A stretch of 64,000 bases of DNA from contig CAVOGR010000001.1 in the NCBI GenBank assembly GCA_963695555.1, positions 768,001-832,000 of the forward strand. The letters are read 5' to 3'. The notes beneath the pieces are model-generated. The model ran no database searches. It was given only the letters and a program-made list of their open reading frames with translations, and was not told the origin of the DNA. Shown here in pieces: positions 47,670-58,265 of this stretch. A program made the position numbers and the translations under genes. This DNA is from an uncultured Gemmatimonadales bacterium (GTDB lineage Bacteria; Gemmatimonadota; Gemmatimonadetes; Gemmatimonadales; GWC2-71-9). Numbering within the stretch: the first letter of the stretch is position 1; the number at the start of each line of letters is the position of its first letter.

Positions 47670-47930
47670 GGCAGTAGGCTGGTCGGGGTGTGGGTGTTGC
47701 AGGCGTGTCCCTCCGATGTTTGGGTAGCCGGGGGTCTGGTGGGCAGATTGACCGCTCTTCTGTACGATCGCTTTCTTCGTGGAACAGATGATTCGAGCCG
47801 AATTCCGTCCCGCACCCGCCCTGGTGCGGGCCAGGGTCCGGGGAGTCGCCCGGAAGGCGGGCACACCGTTCGGCAGTTGACGAGGCGCCTCGACTCGCGC
47901 CCGCGGCTCCAAGGGCCGTATAATTAGCCG

Positions 47931-50481
47931 ATGCCCGACAACCCGGCCGACAACGATCCCCTCACGCGCCTCCGCACGGCGCTGGCCGAGCGATACGAGG
48001 TGCTTGACCAGATCGGGCAAGGTGGCATGGCCACCGTGTATCTGGCGCGCGACGTCAAGCACGAGCGGAACGTCGCTCTCAAGGTCCTTCGGCCCGAACT
48101 CAGCGCCTCGCTCGGCGCGGAGCGCTTCCTGCGAGAGATTCGGGTCGCGGCGAACCTCCAGCATCCCAACATCCTGGCACTGTACGACTCCGGCGACGCG
48201 GATGGCTCCCTCTACTACGTCATGCCGTTCGTGGAGGGCGAGTCGCTGCGCGATCGGCTCGATCGCGAGCGACAGCTCACCATTCCCGACGCCCTCAAGA
48301 TCATCCGGGAAGTGTCGGAAGCGCTGAGCTACGCCCACGCCCAGGGTGTCGTCCATCGCGATATCAAGCCCGAGAACATCATGCTCATGGCCGATCATGC
48401 GCTGGTGGCCGACTTCGGGATCGCGCGCGCCGTCGAGGAGGCCGGCGACGACAGGCTGACCCAATCGGGCATGGCCATCGGGACCCCGCTCTACATGAGC
48501 CCGGAACAGGCCGCCGGGGTCGAGCGGGTCGACGGCCGGAGCGACATCTACAGTCTCGGGTGCATGCTGTACGAGCTGCTGACCGGGGAGCCGCCCTATC
48601 TCGGCTCAACGCCGATCGCGCTCATGACCAAGCACTCGATGGAGGCCATCCCGAGCAGCAAGGTGCTTCGGAACACCGTTCCGGATGAGGTCGATGCCGC
48701 GATCGGGAAGGCCATGGCAAAGGTCCCGGCCGACCGGTTCCAGACCGCACTTCAACTCGCGGAGGCCTTGGGCTCTGTCGAGCACCGGATGAGCATGGGC
48801 GTTGCTCTTCCGGTCACGGTACCTGTGCCGGCCCGCCCCACGGTGGAGCTGCCGAAGAAGCGGGGGCTGTCGAAACTTGCCTTGGCCATGGGTGCCGGAG
48901 GGCTCCTCGTGATTCTGGGGGCCGTCGCCGCCTGGCAACTCGGCCTGTTCGGGGGCGGCGACGGGACGCTCTTCGAGGAGACCGGGCCCGACCCGCGGAA
49001 CATCGCGGTGCTCTACTTCGATGATCAAAGCGCCGACCGCAATCTGGGGTATCTGGCCGATCGGTTTCACCGAGGCGTTGATCGGCGAGTTGAGTCGGGT
49101 GCAGGGGCTCAAGGTGATCTCGCGGAACGGCGTCTTGCCCTACCAGGGTCAGCGGGTGTCTCCCGACAGCATCGCGCGGGCACTCGGCGTCGGGACCTTG
49201 GTCCAGGGCACCATTCAACAGTCGGGTGATCGCCTCCGGATCAACGTCTCGCTGGTCAATGCGGCCGACGGTGCCGAGATCGGCAAGACGACCCTCGAAC
49301 GGAACAAGGACGAGACCTTCGCCCTCCAGGATGACGTGAGCCGGGAGGTGTCGGCCTTCCTCCGACGCCGGCTGGGCGAAGAGGTCCAAATTCGCGAAAG
49401 CCGGCGCGGCACCGGCAATCTCGCCGCCTGGCAGAAGGCCCAGGAGGCCGAGCGGCTGGAGCGGGGGGTACAGGCGTTTCTGGATGCCGGAGACGTCGAG
49501 GCCGCGTCGCAGGAATTTTCCCGCGCCGACTCGCTCTTTGCGGAAGCTGCGTCGCTGGACGACAAGTGGGCGAGTCCGGAGATTGCGCGCGGCTGGATCG
49601 ACTACCGGCGGGCCCGAGAGCTGGCGCGAGGGTTCGACAAGGCGCACTACGCCGAGTGGATCGAGAAGGGTCTGGTCCACGCCGACCGTGCGCTTGCGCT
49701 GGCACCGAACGACCCTGACGCCCTCGAGCTTCGAGGCACGTTCCGGTATTTGAACTATCTCCTGAATCTCGTGCCCGATGCCGAGCAGGAATTGTCCCTG
49801 GCGGAGCAAGATCTCGTGGCGTCGGTGCGGGCCAATCCACAGCAGGCGTCGGCGCTGACCACCTTGAGCCATCTGCTCATGAACCAGGGCAAGACCGCCC
49901 AGGCCAAGGTCCAGGCCCAGCGTGCCTACGAAGCGGATCCCTACCTGAGCAACGTCGATCGCACCATCTGGCGGCTGTTCACCAGCTCACTCGATCTCGA
50001 TGAGGCGGTCGAGGCCACGCGATGGTGCGAGGAAGGAAGGCGCCGCTTTCCCGACGACCCGCGGTTCGTCGAGTGCCAAATCCGAGTGTTTGCCTTACGG
50101 GGCCAGACGCCGGATGTTCCCAAGCTCTGGCGATTGGTCGATGAGTACGTCGAGAAGAGCGCCGAAAATCTCCGCGAGTTCCGGCGCAAGCGGGCCGGCA
50201 TGTTCGTGGCGATGGCGTTGGTGCGCGCCGGCTTGCCGGACAGCGCGCGGGCGGTTGCGGTCCGGTCACGGGCGGACGCGGAAATCGATACGGCTCGGGA
50301 GCTGGCCTGGTTCGAGGCCATCGTCCGAACGTTCCTGGGCGAGAAAGACCAGGCCATCGACCTGCTTAGCGTGTACCTGGCATCCAATCCGGGGCAGCGC
50401 GCCTCCTGGGCCCGCGATTCGACGTGGTGGTTCAAGGATCTCCGGTCCGACCCTCGGTATCGGGATCTGGTAGGATCCTAG
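47931..50481 (+). CDS. Ser/Thr protein kinase + TM + TolB_N-like + TPR; one frameshift near 49062
   Basis: GQGGMA, VALK, HRDIKPEN, DFG; ORFs 47931-49229 and 49021-50481 join at GYLAD|GFTEAL (one extra C). Confidence 0.85.
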
Positions 50482-50582
50482 CTGCTCTAGCAAAACTCCG
50501 ACGACACCATACATTGGTAGGCAATAGCCCCTCGTACTGGGGAATCCCCTCGTTCATACCTGCGTCTACCTTGGAGGGCCGC

Positions 50583-51933
50583 ATGCGACGCGGAATGCAA
50601 ATTGTTGCAGCTGTACTCGTGGCGGGGGCCGTCGCTGCCTGTAGCGACGAGAGCCCGACGGTTCCACAGTTGTTGGAGCCACAGTTCGTCATTGCGCCAG
50701 GCACCGACGTGGCGTGTGACTTCAAGGATCTCCGCACCAAGGCGGCACCGGCCTACTTCAAGAACGGGTCGACCACGCTCCGGACGGTGAAGGGCCTGAT
50801 CCAAGAGATGGAGAGTGCCGGGGCAGGATCAAACGGGGCCAGGGCCATCGGCTTCCAGATCTTCGAGATCATCGAAGAGCCAGGTCGAGGCCAAGGTTGC
50901 CGGCAGCCCCTCCCATATCGATGGGGGAGCGGCGAATGGGTCGGATTTCATGAACAAGACCCTCGCCTGCATGGAGCCGGCACCCTTCAAAGCGGTCGAC
51001 TTCACCGCGGCGCTCGATGACGTCGTCGGTGGCGGTGGCGGTGCACTGTGCGTCCGCGGCGGGCCGAACGACGATCCGTCGGCCTGCGTGACCTTCAATG
51101 GCTTCTCCGGGCTCTCGCCGAATGCCGGCAGCAGCTTCACGACTTGGTTCGGAGGTCGGAGGCTGGTCTATGCCGCGCCGCTCAACATCTTCACCAGCAA
51201 CGAGGTGATCGTCGGCGGCCGATACGAGTGGTCCACGGTGCCCCATGCGGCTCTCGACAACACGCAACGGCAAGGGCGTCGTGGGGATGTGCGTGCCGAA
51301 TCCGGTGAACGCCCCGGTCAATCGGGTGCAGCACCGCGAGCAGGGTAATACGGCGACGATCTTCTTCTGGCAGACGCCGTCTTCTTGGACAGCTTCCTTC
51401 CCTGCGATGACTTCGCGGCACTCGACCGTGGGTCGACTTCTCCTCTGTTCGAGTTTGCGCGCAACGCGTTCGACTGGGCCAGCCCGCGGCCGCTCTACGC
51501 CTCGGCGCTCAAAGTCGGTGGCGGCACCGGCGGCTCGCTCGGCGACCTGAGCAAGTTCGCGGTGGTCAACGCGCAGGCAGTGAACCTGGCCTTCACGACG
51601 CAGCCAGTCGACGGGTTCCTGAATCAGCCGCTGAAAGACATCGTGGTACGGGCGTTCGGCAATGGGAATACCCCTTTCATCGACCTCAGCGTCACGGTCC
51701 AGATCAACGTGAACAACAGCGTCAACGCCACGTTGAGCGGCCCGTCATGCACCGTGGTTGGGCAGATCGGGACGTGCACTGGCACCACCGATGTGAATGG
51801 CGAGGTGACCTTCTCCGGCCTCACGATCGACAAGACCGGCGGCTACCGGTTGCTGGCGACGACGACCGACCTGCCGCTCAGCTCGCCCGATGCGGCCCAG
51901 GCGGTGTCCAACGGGTTCAACATCCGCCCGTAA
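50583..51933 (+). CDS. lipoprotein with C-terminal Ig-like domain; three frameshifts (about 50876, 51265, 51380)
   Basis: Lipobox VAAC; protein-like sequence continues across ORFs 50424, 50815, 51245 and 51385; LAFTTQP..VTFSGLTIDKTGGYRL. Confidence 0.65.
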
Positions 51934-51958
51934 CGCCACTGGAGTTCGACAGCGAATG

Positions 51959-51995
51959 AACGAAGGAGGGCTCTCTCAGGGCCCTTCTTCGTTTT
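51959..51995 (+). terminator. Rho-independent terminator
   Basis: AACGAAGGAGGGC ... GCCCTTCTTCGTT followed by TT. Confidence 0.8.
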
Positions 51996-52057
51996 GTGAC
52001 GATGCCTTGCGCGGTCTCGCGTCTCGATGAGATTGTCTCTAGGAGGCGCACACGATC

Positions 52058-52237
52058 ATGGCCATGACTAGAGAAGACCTGACTACCAGAATCGAAGTAC
52101 TGGAGGCCAAGCTTCGCGGCGTGGAGCAGGCCAACCCGCTGCTCTCACACTCCGGGCACCTCGCCATCAGTCGGAAATGGCTCGAGGAGTTGTCCGAACT
52201 GAAGGCCCAGCTCGCGAACCTCAACGACGGGACCTGA
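52058..52237 (+). CDS. small coiled-coil protein, 59 aa
   Basis: RBS AGGAGG; MAMTREDLTTRIEVLEAKLRG...WLEELSELKAQLANLNDGT; not in the ORF track. Confidence 0.65.
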   Translation: MAMTREDLTTRIEVLEAKLRGVEQANPLLSHSGHLAISRKWLEELSELKAQLANLNDGT

Positions 52238-52247
52238 GGACTGACGA

Positions 52248-52562
52248 GTGGAGCCTCGGCTTTTCGTCGTCCTCTTCATCGTCTTTACCGTGCTGTCGGT
52301 CGAGGTGGTGCGTCGAGGCTATCAACGCTGGAAGAAGGAGCGGGACGTGCTGGCGGAGCTGGGTGGAGGTGCCCCGCCGGAGGCCGTACGGCGCCACCGC
52401 CAGGCGGGACGCCGGCTGGTGAGCCTCGCCGTGGCGCTGGCCGCAATGGTCGCGCTCGCGTTCCTGGCACCGCTCGGCGCACCGAGAGCGGCCATCGCCG
52501 CGTTCCAAGTCGTGGCGATCACCGCCCTTGGACTGGGTGTGTACTGGACCGTTCGATCGTAG
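52248..52562 (+). CDS. small 3-TM membrane protein
   Basis: GAGGA RBS with GTG start; hydrophobic segments. Confidence 0.55.
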   Translation: MEPRLFVVLFIVFTVLSVEVVRRGYQRWKKERDVLAELGGGAPPEAVRRHRQAGRRLVSLAVALAAMVALAFLAPLGAPRAAIAAFQVVAITALGLGVYWTVRS

Positions 52563-52593
52563 CGTTCTGCAGGCGATGCCTCGAGGAGAGCGT

Positions 52594-53580
52594 ATGAACA
52601 CGATCCGCTTTGGACGAACCGGTCTCGACCTTCCCGCAATCGGGGTGGGTACGTGGCCCCACGGCGGACCGCTTACTCGTGATGGTGTCCCGGTCGGTTG
52701 GGGTGGGCACCATGACGCCCTCGCGCGCCAGGCGTTACTTCGCGCCCATGATCTGGGGCTCTTCCACTGGGATACGGCCGACGTGTACGGCGACGGGCAG
52801 TCCGAAACGATCATCGGGGCGCTGTGGGATGAGGTGCCGCGCGCCGACATCTTCCTGGCCTCGAAGGTGGGCTGGGATGCCGGACCGTACGGACACGCCT
52901 ACCACCCCGAGCAGATCCGGGCCCAGTTCGAGCGCTCACTCCGGAATCTCCGGGTGGACGTGATCGACCTCTATTACCTGCATCACTGTGACTTTGGCCC
53001 CGGCGACCGGTATCTGGATGACGCCATCGATCTGGTGCGGCGCTTCCGGGACGAAGGGAAGATCCGCTTCATCGGCCTGTCCGATCGGGACAACGCCAAG
53101 GTGGCCCGGCTGGCCGACCGGGTGGATCCGGACGCCGTCCAGATCTACCGGAACGTGGTGGACGACAGCTATCACAGCTCCGGACTCGCCGCCTGGGTGG
53201 ATAAGCACGACGCGGGGGTCGCCTTCTTTTCACCCCTCAAGCTCGGGCTCTTGCTCGGGAAGTATCGGTCACCCACGACGTTCGAGACGGGGGACGTCCG
53301 GAACCGGGTGGACGGATTCAATGATGCGGGCGTCATCGAGGCACTGATCGCCACCAGGGCGGCGGTGGAACGGCGGTTCGGCACCATGGCGGAGCCGGTG
53401 GAAAGTGCGGTCATCGCATCGATTCTCAGCGACACCACGACCGCGTGTGCATTGGTCGGTCTCAGGAATCCGGAACAGGTCGATGCGGCCGCCCGACTGA
53501 CCCTTGATCTGAGCGCCAACGACCTCGAGTGGGTGCGCCGACAGTTCCAACGCGTACCCCACGTCGGGGGAGACGAGTAA
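52594..53580 (+). CDS. aldo/keto reductase
   Basis: DTADVYG, ASKVG, SLRNLRVDVIDLYYLH, GKIRFIGLS. Confidence 0.92.
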   Translation: MNTIRFGRTGLDLPAIGVGTWPHGGPLTRDGVPVGWGGHHDALARQALLRAHDLGLFHWDTADVYGDGQSETIIGALWDEVPRADIFLASKVGWDAGPYGHAYHPEQIRAQFERSLRNLRVDVIDLYYLHHCDFGPGDRYLDDAIDLVRRFRDEGKIRFIGLSDRDNAKVARLADRVDPDAVQIYRNVVDDSYHSSGLAAWVDKHDAGVAFFSPLKLGLLLGKYRSPTTFETGDVRNRVDGFNDAGVIEALIATRAAVERRFGTMAEPVESAVIASILSDTTTACALVGLRNPEQVDAAARLTLDLSANDLEWVRRQFQRVPHVGGDE

Positions 53581-53649
53581 GGAGCCGATGCGCTTGCCCG
53601 ACGGTTCGCAACGCCCCAACTGCTGTGTCGACTTTCGCCAGGATGACCA

Positions 53650-54305
53650 ATGAGTGGACAGATCCGGGACTACACGACAGAACACATCAAGGTCACCTAC
53701 GACCGACGGCGCTGCATTCACGCCGCCGAGTGCGTCCGGCGGCTCGGCACGGTGTTCGACCCGGACCGGCGGCCATGGATCCAGCCCGAGCATGCGTCTC
53801 CGGCGGAGGTGTCGGAGACCGTGTCGCATTGCCCAACCGGCGCGCTCCACTTCGAGCGTCTGGATGGAGGCCAGGACGAATGGCCCGATGCACCGAGAAC
53901 ACGATCTCGCTGGTGCCGGACGGGCCGCTGTATGCCCGCGGTCAGATTCAGATCGTGCGGCCGGACGGGAGCGTCATTCTCGAGGACACACGTGTCGCGT
54001 TCTGTCGCTGTGGCGCATCGAAGGAGAAACCGTTCTGCGATGGGTCGCATGCCGCGGCCGGATTCCACGACGAGGGAGCGCTCGGCCGCACGCCCATGCC
54101 CGCCGAGGCCGGGGACCACGCCCCGCTCACCGTGACCGTGAGCCCCAATGGCCCGCTGATTCTGCGGGGGCCCCATCACGTGGTGCCACATGGGGCGGAG
54201 GCCGAGATCGGGCTCGAAAAGTGTGCCCTCTGCCGCTGTGGCCATTCCGCCTACAAACCGTTTTGTGACGGGACGCACAATACGGTAGGATTCAAGGACG
54301 TCTGA
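53650..54305 (+). CDS. divergent 4Fe-4S (Fer4_19/YjdI-like) domain + two CDGSH Fe-S domains; frameshift near 53895
   Basis: CIHAAECVR..CPTGAL, then FCRCGASKEKPFCDGSH and LCRCGHSAYKPFCDGTH; joins at WPDAP|ENTI. Confidence 0.85.
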
Positions 54306-54409
54306 ACAGGCCCCCATGGCCGATGCGCCGTACCGATCTCAGGTACGGAGATTCGCACCACTCGGCGTGGGGTGAACATGATCCGGGCCGACCAACGGAG
54401 TCAGAATCC

Positions 54410-54919
54410 ATGACCGATTTCGCTCATACGTTCATAGCCCGCTCACGCTATTACCTGAGTGAAGACTTCTTCCCGAAGATCGAACGCTGCCTCGACGAAC
54501 TGTCGGAAGAAGACGTGTGGTGGCGACCTAACGAAGCCTCGAACAGCGTCGGGAATCTGGTCCTCCATTTGGCGGGGAACGTGCGCCAATGGATCATCAG
54601 CGGCATCGGCGGGGCGCCCGACCTGCGCGACCGCGACCAGGAGTTTGCGCAGCGGGCTCCGATAGCCGTCGAGCGGTTGCTCGAGCGGCTGTCGGCCACG
54701 GTACGGGAGGCGGATGCGGTCCTGGCCGTGCTCGACACGTCGAGGCTGGTCGAGCCGCGGCGGATTCAGGGGTTCAACATGACCGTGGGGTCGGCCATCT
54801 ATCACGTGGTGGAACACTTCGGCATGCACACCGGGCAGATCGTGCTCCTGAGCAAACATCGACTGGGCAAGGACCTGAAGCTGACCCGCTTACCTGCGTC
54901 GGACGCGCCCGAAGAATGA
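54410..54919 (+). CDS. DinB family protein (DUF1572-like)
   Basis: SNSVGNLVLHLAGN, RDRDQEF, HFGMHTGQI. Confidence 0.85.
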   Translation: MTDFAHTFIARSRYYLSEDFFPKIERCLDELSEEDVWWRPNEASNSVGNLVLHLAGNVRQWIISGIGGAPDLRDRDQEFAQRAPIAVERLLERLSATVREADAVLAVLDTSRLVEPRRIQGFNMTVGSAIYHVVEHFGMHTGQIVLLSKHRLGKDLKLTRLPASDAPEE

Positions 54920-54938
54920 AACTCGCACGAGGGGATCG

Positions 54939-55352
54939 GTGACACGAGTCGCCTTCATCTGCGTCGAGAACTCCAACCGGAGCCAGATGGCCGAAGCCTT
55001 TGCCCGGATGCACGGGGTGGGGGTCATCGAGCCTTACAGCGCCGGCTCCCGGCCGTCGGGCCGGGTGAATCCGCGCGCCATCGCGGCAATGCAGGAGGTG
55101 GGGTACGACCTCTCGACGCACCGCTCTACCAGTGCCCAAGACCTTCCGCCCGGCGAATTTGCCTACGCGATTACCATGGGGTGCGGCGACGACTGCGCCT
55201 GGATCCCGGCGAGGCAGCGCGAGGACTGGCCGATTCCCGATCCCAAAGACCTCGAGCCCGACGCATTCAACACGGTGCGCGACGAGATCGAACGGCGGGT
55301 GGTTGATTTGCTTGCGCGGATTGGCCGACGCGAGCGGCAGGACACCGGCTGA
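54939..55352 (+). CDS. arsenate reductase ArsC-like / low-MW phosphatase family
   Basis: FICVENSNRSQMAE P-loop, MGCGDDC, WPIPDP. Confidence 0.85.
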   Translation: MTRVAFICVENSNRSQMAEAFARMHGVGVIEPYSAGSRPSGRVNPRAIAAMQEVGYDLSTHRSTSAQDLPPGEFAYAITMGCGDDCAWIPARQREDWPIPDPKDLEPDAFNTVRDEIERRVVDLLARIGRRERQDTG

Positions 55353-55549
55353 TGTACAGCTACAAGGTGGTCGAGCAGAAGCACAAGAGTATCCTAGGCG
55401 GGCGGTTCAAACCGGTCGACCTCGAAGACCTCTTGAATCAACATGCCATGGACGGCTGGGAGTTCGACCGCATCATCGACGGCGAGATCGTCTCGACCAT
55501 GACCAGCGGGAAGGATGTGTTTTTGGTGGTGTTCAAACGGCGGGAGTAG
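55352..55549 (+). CDS. DUF4177-like small protein
   Basis: YSYKVV..LNQHAMDGWE..VFKR pattern. Confidence 0.75.
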   Translation: MYSYKVVEQKHKSILGGRFKPVDLEDLLNQHAMDGWEFDRIIDGEIVSTMTSGKDVFLVVFKRRE

Positions 55550-55613
55550 GGAGTAGGGAGTGGGGAGTAGGGTGCGCGCCATCCTACTCCCCACTCCCTA
55601 TTCCCTACTCCCT
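55543..55613. repeat. inverted pair of GGGAGT(A/G) heptamer tracts forming a long hairpin between convergent genes
   Basis: ggagtagggagtagggagtggggagtaggg ... cctactccccactccctattccctactccct. Confidence 0.85.
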
Positions 55614-56035
55614 CAGTCCTCGTCCACCGGCGGCGCCTGGCTGGCCGGCCCCAGGCCCATCCCAAGATGCTTGCCTTCGGAGTAGATCCAGCGGACTAAG
55701 AACGGCTCGTCCATCCCGCTGAACTTCGCCGTCCGCCAGTACTGCGTCTGTCCGTTCCGCTTCTTCCAACTCTCCTCGATCACTTCCATTTCGAACCCGG
55801 CGCGCTCGGCCACCATCAGAGAAATCTCCGCATATCTGGCGCGCCGTTCCGCGGGGTCGTCATCGCCGCCGTAGTAGGCCACGAGACTATCCACGTCGCC
55901 GGCGTAGAACCACATGGTCCATTGCTGGGCCAGCGCCAGGGAGTCGGGAGCGGTGTCCGCCTGAGCCGCCGCGGACGTGGGGATGGCCGCCAGACAGAAC
56001 GCGACCGCGGCCAGGATGAGCGACCTCGTGTTCAT
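55613..56035 (-). CDS. hypothetical secreted protein
   Basis: Signal peptide ending AAAQA. Confidence 0.65.
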   Translation of the reverse strand: MNTRSLILAAVAFCLAAIPTSAAAQADTAPDSLALAQQWTMWFYAGDVDSLVAYYGGDDDPAERRARYAEISLMVAERAGFEMEVIEESWKKRNGQTQYWRTAKFSGMDEPFLVRWIYSEGKHLGMGLGPASQAPPVDED

Positions 56036-56219
56036 TCGAATCCTCGGGCTAGGGGATGTATGGGCCTACGCAACGCACGTCGTATTAGTTTCAAGCTGTA
56101 ACGAGAAGGACCTTGCCATGGCCAGTGGAGCGGGTCAACGTTCTCCCTGGCATGCTGCGGGCGTTGTGTAGCGTCCCGTCCACCGTCGAAATCACCCGGC
56201 GCTTCCACCACGAGGCTCA

Positions 56220-57116
56220 ATGAAAGCTCAACGGATTCCACTGGCGCTTCGCTCCCTGGGTCCTGACGCTCCCGATGTCACATCGGTGGCATTCGGCGGG
56301 ATGCCCCTCTCGACCGAGGGCCGCCCGGAGGAGCCTACCTCCCTGTCCGTGATTCGGGGCGTGCTCGATGCGGGTGTGACCCTGATCGACACCGCCGATG
56401 TGTACTGCACCAGCCACAAGGACATCGGACACAACGAGCAACTCATCGCGAAGGCCCTCGCTTCGTGGCGGGGTCCGGCAGAGTCGGTCATCGTCGCCAC
56501 CAAGGGCGGCCTCACCAGGCCCGGGGGCCGGTGGGAGCGAAACGGTCGGCCCAAGCACCTGCGTAGGGCATGCGACCAGTCACTCCGGGCGCTGGGCGTC
56601 GAGCGGATCGATCTCTATCAGTTACATGCCCCGGATCCCGACGTGCCGTTCGCGGAAAGCGTCGAGGCCATCGCCGAGCTGCGTCGGGAAGGGAAGCTCC
56701 GGTGGGTGGGGCTCTCGAACGTGTCGGTGGCCGAGATCGACCAGGCGCGGGGCATCGTACCGATCCAGACCGTTCAGAACCGGCTGAATCCATTCTTTCG
56801 CGAGGCGTTGCGGGACGGGGTGGTGGAGTATTGCGGGAAGAACGGCATCGGGTTCCTGGCCTACAGCCCGGTCGGCGGCGGACGCCTCAACAAGAAGCTG
56901 CCGAGCCACGCCGCGCTTGAGCCCATCGCGGCGCACTACGGAGTTTCCGCACACGTGGTCACATTGGCCTGGGTCTTGGCTCAGGGCAGTTCGGTCATCG
57001 TGATTCCAGGAGGACGTACGGTGGCGCATGCGCTCGACAGCCTGGCGGCCTCGACGCTCGCGCTCGACCCGGACGACCTCGCCGCGATCGACCAGGCGGA
57101 GTTCTCAATCGCCTGA
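56220..57116 (+). CDS. aldo/keto reductase
   Basis: IDTADVY, VATKGG, IDLYQLHAPD, VGLSN, AYSP. Confidence 0.92.
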   Translation: MKAQRIPLALRSLGPDAPDVTSVAFGGMPLSTEGRPEEPTSLSVIRGVLDAGVTLIDTADVYCTSHKDIGHNEQLIAKALASWRGPAESVIVATKGGLTRPGGRWERNGRPKHLRRACDQSLRALGVERIDLYQLHAPDPDVPFAESVEAIAELRREGKLRWVGLSNVSVAEIDQARGIVPIQTVQNRLNPFFREALRDGVVEYCGKNGIGFLAYSPVGGGRLNKKLPSHAALEPIAAHYGVSAHVVTLAWVLAQGSSVIVIPGGRTVAHALDSLAASTLALDPDDLAAIDQAEFSIA

Positions 57117-58181
57117 GCCGTTCGATTCCCGCTTCTGGCGGACGCTGAGCTCGTGCTCGAGCAGGAACCGCTTCCGCCAGAGACCCCCGCCGTAGCCGTG
57201 CAGCTTCCCTTGGCTGTTGATCACCCGGTGGCAGGGTATGACGACGGCCAGCCGGTTGTCGCCGTTGGCCTTGCCGACGGCACGCTGAGCTCCCGCTCGC
57301 CCGATGTCCGCCGCAACCGCGGCGTAGGTCGTGGTCTCGCCGAAGGGTATGGCGAGGAGACGCTCCCACACCGCTTGCTGGAACGGTGTGCCCGCAATCG
57401 CGATAGGCACGGTGAACCGTGTTCGCCGACCAGTGAAGTACTCGTCCAATTCTCGACGGAGCCGCTCGAGCGGGTCGTTGGTTCCGGGAACGACCGGCAG
57501 GTCGAACCAACGCGTGAGCGTCGCCGCCTGGGTCTTGAGCGCGGGCCGATCGCCGAATTCCAGCATGCAGACGGCTTCTGGCGTTGCCGCCGCGATGAAT
57601 GGACCAATGGGCGTCGTGACCAGGGAGGCGGAAATATGGCGCGCGCCCCGGGCCCGGCCCGGCGGCTGGCCGAACAGCTGACGGAACGCTTCACGGAACC
57701 CGCTGTTGGATTCGAACCCCGAGTTGAACGCGACATGCATGAGATCGCCGCCCTGGTTGATGGAGTCGAGCGCCATGCCCAGCCGGCGCGAACGCTGATA
57801 CGCGTGGAAGGTCATGGCAAAATGGTGCCGGAAGTAGCGGCGCGTCTTGACCGGATCGATGCCCATCGCCCGCAGATCGCGATCGGTGATCCGCTCGGCC
57901 GGGGTCCGTTCGAGCCGTTCGAGCAGTCCGGTGACCCACGCGGGATGTTCACCCGACACGTCTGTTGGCCGGCAGCGTTTGCATGGGCGATACCCCGCGG
58001 CCTGAGCGTCCTCTGCATGCCGGAAATACTCTACATTGGTCCGGAGCGGGGTGCGCGCCGGGCAGGTGGGACGGCAGAAGATGCCGGTCGTTCGCACGGC
58101 AACCACGAACAACCCCTCAAAGGAGCCGTCCCGCTCGGCCACCGCGCGGTATAAGGTCTGGGACGAGGGAAGCGCTGTCAT
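57105..58181 (-). CDS. ada: bifunctional Ada: Zn-binding methylphosphotriester domain, AraC HTH and O6-methylguanine-DNA methyltransferase
   Basis: [27 protein letters not shown]. Confidence 0.92.
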   Translation of the reverse strand: MTALPSSQTLYRAVAERDGSFEGLFVVAVRTTGIFCRPTCPARTPLRTNVEYFRHAEDAQAAGYRPCKRCRPTDVSGEHPAWVTGLLERLERTPAERITDRDLRAMGIDPVKTRRYFRHHFAMTFHAYQRSRRLGMALDSINQGGDLMHVAFNSGFESNSGFREAFRQLFGQPPGRARGARHISASLVTTPIGPFIAAATPEAVCMLEFGDRPALKTQAATLTRWFDLPVVPGTNDPLERLRRELDEYFTGRRTRFTVPIAIAGTPFQQAVWERLLAIPFGETTTYAAVAADIGRAGAQRAVGKANGDNRLAVVIPCHRVINSQGKLHGYGGGLWRKRFLLEHELSVRQKRESNGSGD

Positions 58182-58265
58182 GGCGTCAAGCTAGAGTCCC
58201 GGCCCGGCTCGCGCTACCGAAAACCGGACACCGATATTTCTCGTGGCCGGGGTATATTTCCCGCC

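Noticed and set aside
54939..55352. Arsenic-resistance operon
   Set aside because: Only a lone ArsC-like gene; no arsR or arsB/acr3 is adjacent.
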